The translations under genes and the position numbers were made by a program. The notes under the pieces are model-generated. The model saw only the letters and a program-made list of their open reading frames with translations, did not search any database and was not told the origin of the DNA. DNA of 48,768 bases from NCBI GenBank assembly GCA_001189165.1, contig LFCO01000003.1:1-48768 (forward strand). The letters are read 5' to 3'. Within the stretch, counting starts at the first letter, position 1, and the number at the start of each line of letters is the position of its first letter. This DNA is from Parcubacteria bacterium C7867-005 (GTDB taxonomy: Bacteria > Patescibacteriota > Minisyncoccia > Phycocordibacterales > Zambryskibacteraceae). Shown in pieces: positions 25,583 through 35,216 of this stretch.

Positions 25583-27280
25583 TTACCTCGTTACTGAGTA
25601 GACAACCATGTCGCCGATAATCTCCTGTTTCTTTATAGACTTTGACCTATCGAGCATGCCTTTAGCATATGCATAGTGTGGGTATTCTTTGCTTAAGATT
25701 ACATAATCCAAATTGTAGGTTTGTATGGCCGTTATGGGTGGCTGACTCTTGTATTCTTTGAATCTCTTGAACAGATCATTTATTAAATCTGGGCTAATCT
25801 GGGTTTCGGGCACATACTCATCACCAGTTAAGCTGGCTGATATTTTGCGCCGATTCTCTTTGGAATAATACGAATCTATATACCTATTCATCCAAAAATC
25901 CCTTTGGTGTTGGGTAATATATGTCGCATCAATTTGAGGATTAAAAAGATTTTGCAGCAACCATCTATTTTCTGTTTCTGAATCAGGCATGACGGATAAG
26001 GTGGCGTAGAGGTTATAGTACACATTGTTATGTGTATAGACGGGCAGAAGAAAATCAAAATCTCCACCGAGCGTAAGGACCACTGAGTCTTTGGGTGTAT
26101 TTTGATTCAGCCAGTCAAATACTTCTTTTTTTTCTTGAAGATCGGATGATATCTTTTGATGGAAAGTGCTGTTGCACAAACCCTCAAACTCACCGAGTTG
26201 TACAAAAAATAATACGATCAACAATACTACCCCGGCGCTGAATATGCGCCTATCAAACATTTTGTCGATCAATGTTTTGTGAATGATAGCCAAAACAAAC
26301 AATATGAAAAGTATTGTAACCAACAGATAGTGACTGGAGAATTGTATAACCTGGCCGGTAATAATATTTTGCCAATTCAGGATAAAAATACTGGCTACAA
26401 AACACAAGGATAGCCACCAATCTTTTTGGCTCAGAATCTTCCGAGCAAACAGGAGGATTATTAAGGTCAATAAACCCAAAACAATGCTTGTATAGCTCCC
26501 CGGGAAATGAGAATTGAATAATCCAAATCGAGCCATCGCATCTGTGTAGCCAGAAAAGTCAGATGATCTGAGCGTGAACACTCCGTATAAAAACCCGAGT
26601 GGGAGAAATGTGGGTAAAAACCACAATGCCTTTTTTGATAAAGATGTAAGTCCATACAGCACCAAAAGAGTCGTCCAATAATACGGAGAGATAAATAAGG
26701 AGAGTCCCACGACTAATCCAAAAAATAGATGTAGGTTTCGTTTCCTGCTACCAACCCCATCCTGTCCAAAATAAATATCATAGATAAGCAATAGGCCGGC
26801 AAACAAAAAGAATATCGTTACTTGTGGACTCACCGGTCGGCCAAAAGTACTCACGAACAATAAAAAGAAAATACTAGTATAAACAAGGGATAGAGTTTTC
26901 TTCTTAGTTATCCTCTTAAAAATGATGAACAAAAACAGAAAACCAAAAAATACAAAGAACACGTCACCGATGATTGTTACTACTGGGACAGACAGGCCTG
27001 TTATCCAGACTAAGATAGCGACAATCCATTCGGCCACTGGTGGCTGTAGGAAAGGATCTGCTTGGTGCTCTTTAATATACGGATTCCCGATGGACCAGTT
27101 ACCTCTTAATACTTCTGCTATCCTGGCTTGATAATAAACCTCATCGTCGCTAAAAGATTGATAAACACCCTGAAAGGCAGGTCCGGTTTTTTGTAAAAAT
27201 ATTAGGTGTGGAGAAACCACCAAAAGAGAAACAAGTAAGGCAATAATCAGTACAAGTTTATTATTTTTTATCTTTTGCAT
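25583..27280 (-). CDS. Polytopic membrane protein, candidate GT-C-fold glycosyltransferase (ArnT/PMT-like)
   Basis: ORF track, 565 aa. About ten TM helices and a soluble C-terminal domain. The acidic SDDEVYYQARIAEVL motif lies in the first extracytoplasmic loop, as in GT39/GT83 enzymes. Sits downstream of the GtrA/GtrB-like genes. Confidence 0.55.
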   Translation of the reverse strand: MQKIKNNKLVLIIALLVSLLVVSPHLIFLQKTGPAFQGVYQSFSDDEVYYQARIAEVLRGNWSIGNPYIKEHQADPFLQPPVAEWIVAILVWITGLSVPVVTIIGDVFFVFFGFLFLFIIFKRITKKKTLSLVYTSIFFLLFVSTFGRPVSPQVTIFFLFAGLLLIYDIYFGQDGVGSRKRNLHLFFGLVVGLSLFISPYYWTTLLVLYGLTSLSKKALWFLPTFLPLGFLYGVFTLRSSDFSGYTDAMARFGLFNSHFPGSYTSIVLGLLTLIILLFARKILSQKDWWLSLCFVASIFILNWQNIITGQVIQFSSHYLLVTILFILFVLAIIHKTLIDKMFDRRIFSAGVVLLIVLFFVQLGEFEGLCNSTFHQKISSDLQEKKEVFDWLNQNTPKDSVVLTLGGDFDFLLPVYTHNNVYYNLYATLSVMPDSETENRWLLQNLFNPQIDATYITQHQRDFWMNRYIDSYYSKENRRKISASLTGDEYVPETQISPDLINDLFKRFKEYKSQPPITAIQTYNLDYVILSKEYPHYAYAKGMLDRSKSIKKQEIIGDMVVYSVTR

Positions 27281-27996
27281 ATGGACATCAAGGATGAGCC
27301 TCGAATTCTTTTGGAAAAAATAATTGAATCCAAAACCATGAAATAAGCCAAAATCTTGTGTACAAATACAGATATACCTCTTGGAGCTGTGATCGTGGTG
27401 TTCCTTTCACCGGATGTATTCAACAAAACTCTGGCCGGCCAATACAGAAGGTGGAACAGATATTCTGTATCTACCACACTCCATCCTCCAGACCTCAAGG
27501 TGGTCTCTAAACCAGATAAGTCGTATCTGCGGAAATGTCCATTGAAAACATCGTAGTTCGACCATAGCTCTTGCCGTGCTGGTACAGTGACTATCAGGTG
27601 CTGGGCATTAGGAAAATGCTCCCTGATCAAAGCGAGAAAGGACACGGGGTCGCTTATATGCTCTATGACATCAAACAACATGACTACTTCTATAGAAGCC
27701 TTGAAATCTCCCGTGAGTGACACAAAATCAAACCCACATTGAACATAAGGCGCGACATTGTTTACCGGACTAATTTTGGCCAAATCGACACCGTAACAAT
27801 CAAATCCTCTCTGCCTCAAATAATCCACCACGATTCCCCGTCCACAACCAACTTCCAAAATTTTCTTATCTCTCAGATTATTTTCCTCTAGTTCTCTTTT
27901 TATGATCTGGTTTCTTCCATTGGTCCAATAGTGATTCTCTATCCCCTCAGGATATATAGACATGAACTGTTCTTCACTAAATTCAGTTTTAGACAT
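27268..27996 (-). CDS. Class I SAM-dependent methyltransferase
   Basis: ORF track, 242 aa. SAM motif I is ILEVGCGRGIVVDYL, followed by MLFDVIEHI. Confidence 0.8.
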   Translation of the reverse strand: MSKTEFSEEQFMSIYPEGIENHYWTNGRNQIIKRELEENNLRDKKILEVGCGRGIVVDYLRQRGFDCYGVDLAKISPVNNVAPYVQCGFDFVSLTGDFKASIEVVMLFDVIEHISDPVSFLALIREHFPNAQHLIVTVPARQELWSNYDVFNGHFRRYDLSGLETTLRSGGWSVVDTEYLFHLLYWPARVLLNTSGERNTTITAPRGISVFVHKILAYFMVLDSIIFSKRIRGSSLMSICKR

Positions 27997-28005
27997 GAAT
28001 CGTGG

Positions 28006-28959
28006 CTACAGCTGTTTTTCAATAAGATATCGTGGTCTACGTTTTACTTCTTGATAGATTTTGCCCAAATACTCACCAATGATCCCTAAGGCGAGTAACT
28101 GTATTCCACCCAAGGCATATATAGGGAGAACGGTAGATGCCCAACCATGCACTACTTGTAGAAAATAGGCAGAGAAGACAACGTAGGCACCCAACACCAC
28201 GCTCGCACCAAAAACCACAAAACCCATGACTGTGACTAGGCGGAGTGGCTTTATGGAAAACGAAGTCACCCCCTCCCAAGCGAAGCCTAGCATCTTTATA
28301 AATGGATACTTTGAATGCCCCGCCTTACGCGCATCACGATTATAATAGACCTCTGCGCTCCTGAAGCCCATCCCAGGAAAAATACCCCGCAAGAAAAGAT
28401 TCTCCTCTTTGTATTCTCTGAGCGCTTCGAGCACTCTCTTGCTGGTCAACCTAAAATCAGCGTGGTTATAAACTATATTAACCCCCAAGAGACTCATCAT
28501 TTTATAGAAAACAAGGGCGGAATTTTTCTTAAACCAAGAATCATGATCCCTTTTATTCCTGACTCCGTAGACGATCTCATTCCCTTCTCTGTATTTCTCT
28601 ATCATCTCCCCTATAGCTTTTACATCATCTTGTAAATCTGCATCAATGGAGATCAGCACGTCTGCATGCTCACCAAAGGTGGTGATGCCAGATAGGAGAG
28701 CGTTTTGATGGCCGTAATTCCTGGCCAATTTTATGGCTCTAATATTTTTAGATTTTTTCTGTAAACCTTCAATTGCACTCCAGGTTTTATCAGAACTACC
28801 ATCATCTACAAAACCCATAAAACTTTTAAAAGAAATCTTGCCTTGCTTCGAAAGCGTTTCAAGAATATCAGATAGTGTTGTGCTGGTATCGAGGATTACC
28901 TCCTCTTCGTTGTAACAAGGGACGACTATACCAAGTATGGGGATGGTGGATTTTTCCAT
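28006..28959 (-). CDS. GT2 polyprenyl-phosphate glycosyltransferase (GtrB/ArnC/DPM1-like)
   Basis: ORF track, 317 aa. Has VVPCYNEEE, VDDGSSDKT and IDADLQDD, plus two C-terminal TM helices. Confidence 0.85.
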   Translation of the reverse strand: MEKSTIPILGIVVPCYNEEEVILDTSTTLSDILETLSKQGKISFKSFMGFVDDGSSDKTWSAIEGLQKKSKNIRAIKLARNYGHQNALLSGITTFGEHADVLISIDADLQDDVKAIGEMIEKYREGNEIVYGVRNKRDHDSWFKKNSALVFYKMMSLLGVNIVYNHADFRLTSKRVLEALREYKEENLFLRGIFPGMGFRSAEVYYNRDARKAGHSKYPFIKMLGFAWEGVTSFSIKPLRLVTVMGFVVFGASVVLGAYVVFSAYFLQVVHGWASTVLPIYALGGIQLLALGIIGEYLGKIYQEVKRRPRYLIEKQL

Positions 28960-28963
28960 AAGA

Positions 28964-29368
28964 CTAAGTGTTATTGGCTCGAAAAATGAATTTTTGGTTT
29001 ATTAGATAATTGACAGTAGACAATACGAAAGTGATACAGGCCTGAGACAATATGTGGCCGACGTAGAGATAACCAACTAAAATGTACATAAACAGTGTGT
29101 TCAAAGACAGGTATCCAAGGGAGACTATAGCATAGGAAAAGAACTGTTTTCTGGTACTGCCCAGGGACGGGTTCTGGAACACCCAAAGCTTCTGTAGGGT
29201 GAAATTCAAAAGCACAGATAATACATAAGCCACCACAGAGGAAGCCAGATACCAAAAACCAAATATGTCAGTCAGAAGATAGAGTAGAGACAGGTTGAAA
29301 ACCACAACCAAAACTCCCACTAGGATAAACCTGGCCACCTCTAATACTCTTGGATTTTTGATAAACAT
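28964..29368 (-). CDS. GtrA-family small membrane protein
   Basis: ORF track, 134 aa with four TM helices. FILVGVLVVVFNLSLLYLL is a GtrA-like N-terminus. Located directly upstream of the GtrB-like GT2. Confidence 0.75.
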   Translation of the reverse strand: MFIKNPRVLEVARFILVGVLVVVFNLSLLYLLTDIFGFWYLASSVVAYVLSVLLNFTLQKLWVFQNPSLGSTRKQFFSYAIVSLGYLSLNTLFMYILVGYLYVGHILSQACITFVLSTVNYLINQKFIFRANNT

Positions 29369-29377
29369 ATTTAAATG

Positions 29378-29980
29378 CTATTTATCTACTTCAAGCTCCC
29401 AAATGAGTATCCTCATGGGGAAAAGCAGAGACAGATACTGGTCATAAAATCTCCGATGATTCTGTATAAATTTTTTAAACATGAAGACAAGTGGGTTTTT
29501 TGATTCATGTGGCCAACCATACCAAAAACCAATCTTCCTAAATGTTTTTTCGGTGTAGGTGTATTCGGATAATTGACCGGAGTTTTTTATAAAATAATCG
29601 AAAGATTTGGAAGTAAAAAAATGTTTGTGAGTTATGTCAGTAAAACTGTCTACTGATCTAAAATAGGGCACGGTGATGATCACTCGACCACCCGGCTTCA
29701 AAACTCTCCAAACTTCATCAGTGAAAGAGACGATATCAGACAAATGCTCTACAACACTGTGGGCAAAGACAAGGTCAACACTACTATCCTCTACTGGCCA
29801 TGGGGTCTCATCCAAATTATGAACCAAATCAACGCCTGGTAGCTTGAGGATATCCATCCCTAATGCTCCTCGGAGCTTGCTACTTCCACAGCCAATGTGC
29901 AGGACCTTTTTATTTGAGAAAATGTTCTCTTTGGTTATACCTGATCTGGTATAAATCTTGGGGGCAAATGGATTAATCAT
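29378..29980 (-). CDS. Class I SAM-dependent methyltransferase
   Basis: ORF track, 200 aa. Has VLHIGCGSSKL and AHSVVEHL. Confidence 0.75.
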   Translation of the reverse strand: MINPFAPKIYTRSGITKENIFSNKKVLHIGCGSSKLRGALGMDILKLPGVDLVHNLDETPWPVEDSSVDLVFAHSVVEHLSDIVSFTDEVWRVLKPGGRVIITVPYFRSVDSFTDITHKHFFTSKSFDYFIKNSGQLSEYTYTEKTFRKIGFWYGWPHESKNPLVFMFKKFIQNHRRFYDQYLSLLFPMRILIWELEVDK

Positions 29981-31115
29981 GTTTTAAAGAATTTTTCATA
30001 AAATCTATAATCCTCTGCCCCCTTTTCACCCATGTATGGTCCTGCACATCTAAAAAAGCTTTATTCGCAATCTGCTGTGCCATCTTGTCATCACTAAAAA
30101 CTTTTTGTATTTTTTCTGCTAAATCTTTAGCATCATCTGGTTTAAAAAACACAGCATTTTCTTCATTCAATATTTCTCTTAAAGAAGGTAGGTCCGAGGC
30201 AACGATTGGTAGTTTTCCAGCCATATAACTAAAAAGTTTTATTGGGGATGTATAAAAAACAGAATTATCTTCTTTGGCACTATTTGGTATAACTAAAATA
30301 TCTGAAGCTTTCTGGTAAAAAGGTGTTTCTTGTCTAGGCCTATTACCAAGTATCAAGACATTTTCTTCTTTTCCAAACCTCTCTTTGAAAGAGACCACGT
30401 CCTCCTCTGTCCCTCCGATAAAAACACAAATAATATTGTCTTTTCTGAGTAACGGGGCTGCTTGTGCCAGGGTGTGCGCACCTTTTCTATCATATAAATG
30501 GCCTTTATATAAGACGATCTTTTTATCTGTAGGGAGGCCCAACTTCTGCTGTGCCTCTATCTTAGTGATGCTTATATCAAACTTCTCCACATCAGCGGCG
30601 TCTGACTCCACAATTAATTTCTCTCTAGGTAAACCAAAATCTTTGATTAGCTCTTCGCCATAGTATTTAGTGACGGTAACAACACCCGAAGCTCTGTCTA
30701 TAACTTTTTTGTATCTTTCCATATTGTCTGCCTTAGAATGTGTCTCCCAGAAAAAAATCTTCTTAGGGAATAGATATACGAGAGCTAAGGCAACCTCTCC
30801 TCGGGTGTAAAGAACTGTGTCTTTTCCTTTTTTAAAAAGTAAAAAGAAAAACAATGAGATGAAAAAAGTTAGAGTTGTCAAAAGGAAAGCTAGGTAGGAA
30901 GAACCAAAATCAATAACCGGTAACCTTACTATATGAAAACGTGTTTTTATTTGATAGAAACCAAAAGGATCCTCTTTTATCGAGTTTTTTCTATTAGGTA
31001 TGACTAGGGTTAAATCTGCACCTGACTGAACAAAGGCCGAACACATCTCCATTATTTGTATCCCGTGTGCCTTCTCCGTCGGAAGGCGAATGTTGGCTAT
31101 ATATATGAGCTTCAT
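29973..31115 (-). CDS. GT4-family glycosyltransferase
   Basis: The track ORF is extended to 31190. ATG 31115 (MKLIYIANIRLPTEKAHGIQ) forms an ATGA overlap with the upstream stop at 31112. Confidence 0.8.
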   Translation of the reverse strand: MKLIYIANIRLPTEKAHGIQIMEMCSAFVQSGADLTLVIPNRKNSIKEDPFGFYQIKTRFHIVRLPVIDFGSSYLAFLLTTLTFFISLFFFLLFKKGKDTVLYTRGEVALALVYLFPKKIFFWETHSKADNMERYKKVIDRASGVVTVTKYYGEELIKDFGLPREKLIVESDAADVEKFDISITKIEAQQKLGLPTDKKIVLYKGHLYDRKGAHTLAQAAPLLRKDNIICVFIGGTEEDVVSFKERFGKEENVLILGNRPRQETPFYQKASDILVIPNSAKEDNSVFYTSPIKLFSYMAGKLPIVASDLPSLREILNEENAVFFKPDDAKDLAEKIQKVFSDDKMAQQIANKAFLDVQDHTWVKRGQRIIDFMKNSLKHD

Positions 31116-32320
31116 TTGTTTAGAGAAAACTCGCCTAAGATGCCTTGCATGATACCATCGATGCGTTCCCTGGAGAAGAGACTGGCGCATAGATTCGAAG
31201 ACTCTTTGGACAAACTCTCTCGAACTACTTTTGACCTCACATAAAGAAGCATATTCACGTACTCGTCTTTGTTCTCTGCAAGCAGAACAGATTGTTTGTG
31301 TTTGAATGGATATCCGACTACATTATCCGGCGATGTGATGAGTGGTATGTTTCTCGCCAGTGGTTCGAATACCTTGCCCTGCATGCCTACCCGCTTCGCA
31401 GATGGACTGATCATACAGTCTATCGAATCAAAATATTCATTCATTTTTTCTTTGGGCACATAACCATCGTAGATTATATTTTTGCCATCTATAAACACCT
31501 CATACTCTGAGGGGAATTTAGAGCCGGTGACATGGAAGGCAAACTCATCTGGAGCAGATTTAAAAACAGCCGGAGCGATCTCTTTAACTATAAAATCAAG
31601 AGCGACTTTATTATGCCCAACAGAATAAGATGAGCCCATGAACAAAATATGGAGCGGGCTTAGATCTCTTGTGGTGTGTGGACGAATCAGGTCAGGAAGG
31701 GCCTGCAGGGGCAGGGTGACAGCTTTTTTGGCCCCTAACTTCTTATACTTTCTCTCTTCGTTTGGATTCAGAGCGATCATTAGATCAGACGACCTGGCAG
31801 CGAAACACTCGGTCATGAATTTGGGTACATATAAAAGAATGTTAAGAGCAGAAACCCCTTCTTCTTCTATAAAATGTCTTGGTTCATAATTGAGAGATCT
31901 GGTGACTACTGGTATCCCCATCTTTTTGACCAATGAATGGAGTGGCCAAAGATAGGTAAAATCAAACCAAACCAAATCTGGTTTCCAAACGTCCAGCTCT
32001 CTTTGCAAAATATCTTGTGTCTCTTTGTCAAAATATTCGAAGGCAGCCCCATCCCAATACAGTGGATTGAACAACCTCTTGAAAAGGGATAGTGGTGAAC
32101 GTGTTTTAGTATATTTATAAGAAACTGGGATTATGGGGATACCGAGCTCCTTCTCTGCTATCTCTATGTGGGGTAAGTCACTGTTCACGGTCTTGGTTAT
32201 TACTCGAACATCAAAACCATATTTGATAAACCAACGTATACCAGATAATCTCTCGAGCTCGTCTGCTCCCCTAGCCTGGAAGGGTGATCTGGGAGTGACT
32301 ATGAGTACTTTCTTTTTCAT
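31112..32320 (-). CDS. Glycosyltransferase (GT-B fold, GT4-like)
   Basis: ORF track, 402 aa. Two-Rossmann layout with C-terminal GMQGKVFEPLARNIPLITS. Confidence 0.6.
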   Translation of the reverse strand: MKKKVLIVTPRSPFQARGADELERLSGIRWFIKYGFDVRVITKTVNSDLPHIEIAEKELGIPIIPVSYKYTKTRSPLSLFKRLFNPLYWDGAAFEYFDKETQDILQRELDVWKPDLVWFDFTYLWPLHSLVKKMGIPVVTRSLNYEPRHFIEEEGVSALNILLYVPKFMTECFAARSSDLMIALNPNEERKYKKLGAKKAVTLPLQALPDLIRPHTTRDLSPLHILFMGSSYSVGHNKVALDFIVKEIAPAVFKSAPDEFAFHVTGSKFPSEYEVFIDGKNIIYDGYVPKEKMNEYFDSIDCMISPSAKRVGMQGKVFEPLARNIPLITSPDNVVGYPFKHKQSVLLAENKDEYVNMLLYVRSKVVRESLSKESSNLCASLFSRERIDGIMQGILGEFSLNK

Positions 32321-34137
32321 AATTTTATTTTATAAGCCCTGGCCCATATCTGGAAGGTTAGGATTGCCCAAAGGATAGTGAGGTTATACTGCTTCTTTTC
32401 TACATGGTCACCGAGCATCTTTTCTACTGCTCCCCAATCAAACAGATCGTTAGTCCCCTCATGATAATCCTTACGCAAAACGTTTTTCACAAGATCGAGT
32501 ATTTCTTTCCTTCTCAACCACTTAGCCCCAGGAGAAAACCATCCTCTCTTTGGCTCTCTAAAAAGAATTTCTGGCAGATCTTTTCTGAAAGCATCTTTTA
32601 GAACTTTTTTCATATTGAAAGCATCAACTTTGTAGTCCCTAGGTAAACTAAGAGCCAGATCTACTACTTCTCTGTCGAGTAATGGTACGCGCTCCTCGAG
32701 CGAATTCCTCATACTCATCTTATCCCCCAAAGTTAATGCTTGGTCTGGGAGCCAAGAAGATATATCAGCAAGCATCAGATCATCGGTACCATCGAGCGCC
32801 GCGCCTGTATATTTTCTAAAATGATTCTTGACCTCATCTACCCCACTAAAATACTTTGTATTAATTATTTTCTTTAAATTTTTATCTTTCTCGAATTCAA
32901 AGAGGACCAGGCGGTCAAGGCCTTGGTGTGTCTGGAGTTTTTTTATCTTATCCGAGAATTTGCTTACTAAACCAATACCCGGCAACTTTTGGGAAAGGTC
33001 AGAGATCACAGACAGTCTGTATCTGTCGTAGCCACCAAACAACTCGTCTCCTCCGTTACCAGACAAAACAACAGAAACCTTTCTCTTCGCAAAATGAGAG
33101 AGGTGGATCATCGGTATGGCGGTTGGATTGGAAATCGGGTCATCAATGGAAGAGATCGTCTCCTCTAGGGTGTGGGCGACGTCACTTGCTGTGATAAGTA
33201 GAGGGTGGTGTTCTGCTCCAAAATATTTTGCTGTCTCCCCCGCCAAATCGAAATCCCTATTGAACTTATCTTTTTCTTCATCCTCATCCAAATCAAAACC
33301 GATAGAAAAAGTCTTTACATTCTTCTTGGCCTTGGATACAGCTGATAACACAGCACTAGAATCTATCCCCCCGGATAGGTATATACCGACTGGAACGTCT
33401 GCCACCAACTGCCTAACCACAGCAGAGGATACGGTGTCGTGCACTGCTTGTTTTGCTTCATCATACAACCAAGCCTTGCCCACATTCTTAGGCGACCAGT
33501 ACTTCTTTATCTCTAGATTTTTATCTTTTAGATACAAATAGCTACCGGGGGGTAATTTATTTATTCCTTCTATCATGGTGTCAGGCTCTGGTACATACAA
33601 AATCCTAAGATATTCGTTAAATGCTTTGAGGTTTAATTTTCGTTTTATGTCGTGCTCAAGTATGGCTTTCAATTCTGAAGCAAAAATAAACTTTGAATTG
33701 TCCCAAGAATAGTAGAATGGCTTCACTCCCATATGGTCTCTGGCGCAAAAAAGGCTTTGGTTCCTCCTGTCCCAAATAGCTAGAGCGAAAATTCCGTTAA
33801 GGCGCGAGACGACGTCCTTGCCCCATTTCTTATATCCAGCCAGGATAACTTCTGTATCTGATTTCGTTTTGAACTCATAATCTGATTTAAGTTCATTTTT
33901 GATTTCTGCGAAATTATAAATCTCTCCGTTATAGACGATGATCAGGTCCCTGTCGACATCCTGCATGGGCTGGTTCGCTGAAGTGGATAGGTCTATGACA
34001 GATAAGCGTCTATGGGAGAGAGAGATCCCTATGTCAGTAAAAACGCCCGAGGCATCAGGGCCCCGGTGGAATATAGAAGAACTCATTTTTATGGCCAGAT
34101 CTTTATCTTGCCAATTAAATCCAGAGATACCGCACAT
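32317..34137 (-). CDS. asnB: Asparagine synthase (glutamine-hydrolysing) family amidotransferase
   Basis: ORF track, 606 aa. MCGISGF provides the N-terminal Cys nucleophile, and the PP-loop is YLSGGIDSS. Confidence 0.9.
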   Translation of the reverse strand: MCGISGFNWQDKDLAIKMSSSIFHRGPDASGVFTDIGISLSHRRLSVIDLSTSANQPMQDVDRDLIIVYNGEIYNFAEIKNELKSDYEFKTKSDTEVILAGYKKWGKDVVSRLNGIFALAIWDRRNQSLFCARDHMGVKPFYYSWDNSKFIFASELKAILEHDIKRKLNLKAFNEYLRILYVPEPDTMIEGINKLPPGSYLYLKDKNLEIKKYWSPKNVGKAWLYDEAKQAVHDTVSSAVVRQLVADVPVGIYLSGGIDSSAVLSAVSKAKKNVKTFSIGFDLDEDEEKDKFNRDFDLAGETAKYFGAEHHPLLITASDVAHTLEETISSIDDPISNPTAIPMIHLSHFAKRKVSVVLSGNGGDELFGGYDRYRLSVISDLSQKLPGIGLVSKFSDKIKKLQTHQGLDRLVLFEFEKDKNLKKIINTKYFSGVDEVKNHFRKYTGAALDGTDDLMLADISSWLPDQALTLGDKMSMRNSLEERVPLLDREVVDLALSLPRDYKVDAFNMKKVLKDAFRKDLPEILFREPKRGWFSPGAKWLRRKEILDLVKNVLRKDYHEGTNDLFDWGAVEKMLGDHVEKKQYNLTILWAILTFQIWARAYKIKL

Positions 34138-34139
34138 GG

Positions 34140-35216
34140 CTACATAGTAGCCTTTCGAGAGGCTTTTTCAAGTAAGGAGATAACTGTATGAGCAACATTT
34201 TTGACATTGTGCTTTTGGCTCACTAGGTTAACCGAATTGGTTACATACTTTTCCTTATGTTCATCAGTCCAGCCCAAAACCCTCTCCACGCAAGATGACA
34301 GCATCAGAGCATCGTCCTCTTTAAAATACAGATCTGAAACAAAATCCTTTAGGTCATCTTTGTATACAGTTGTTGGCAAAATAGCTGGTACTCCGACTGC
34401 CATTGCCTCGAGTTCTGTTTTGCCAAAACCACCACCACCCTGGAGTCGAACAAATATCTGATGGTTCGCATATATCTTTGGAGCGTCCTTATTGGCAATG
34501 CCTCCCTTCCAAAAAACATTCTGTTCGACCTTTTTTTCTACAACTAATTTTTTTAAACTCATAAGATACTCATCATCCTCCAACCTTGCTGGTTTACCAT
34601 AAATATCCACAATTAAATTTTTTATATTTTTCTCATGAACAAGTATGCGAGTAGCTTCGATTAAAATCTCTATTCTTTTTACTTTCGAAATTCTAGAAAA
34701 AGACAAGAGACTTAGGGGTTTTGTGACCACATCAACCTGCGGTGAAAATAAATCTGTATTAATACCGTGTCCAGTAGAAATAACCTTATCCGAATCATAT
34801 TCAAAACTTTCTTTGGATGGTGTCAGAATAAAATCCACATGATCGATCGCCCATTTGGCCGCATTGCTCACTTTGATGTGTGCGTACCACATCACCACTG
34901 GTTTTTTTAGAAAGAAATTCACGGGATGAATAGCTCGAACATACTCTGGTGCCATGTGGACAAAAACTCCATCTGCCTTTATTAGAGAACCGAGAGAGTA
35001 AATAAAAAACTTTATGGCACGAATAAATTTGGAATTACTTTTCTCTTTGCCCAGAGACCTGACGCGAACATTTGCTGGCAGATCAAATTTACCCTTCGCA
35101 AGACAAATGACATCCACAAAATCTGCTTCAGCTGAAAGCGCCTTAACCCATCCTGAAAAGAATCCAAGGATGTCGTCTTCTTCATCTATCTTTTGAGTGA
35201 TGACGAGTATCCTCAT
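34140..35216 (-). CDS. GT4-family glycosyltransferase
   Basis: ORF track, 358 aa. GGGGFGKTELEAMAVGVPAI. Confidence 0.75.
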   Translation of the reverse strand: MRILVITQKIDEEDDILGFFSGWVKALSAEADFVDVICLAKGKFDLPANVRVRSLGKEKSNSKFIRAIKFFIYSLGSLIKADGVFVHMAPEYVRAIHPVNFFLKKPVVMWYAHIKVSNAAKWAIDHVDFILTPSKESFEYDSDKVISTGHGINTDLFSPQVDVVTKPLSLLSFSRISKVKRIEILIEATRILVHEKNIKNLIVDIYGKPARLEDDEYLMSLKKLVVEKKVEQNVFWKGGIANKDAPKIYANHQIFVRLQGGGGFGKTELEAMAVGVPAILPTTVYKDDLKDFVSDLYFKEDDALMLSSCVERVLGWTDEHKEKYVTNSVNLVSQKHNVKNVAHTVISLLEKASRKATM

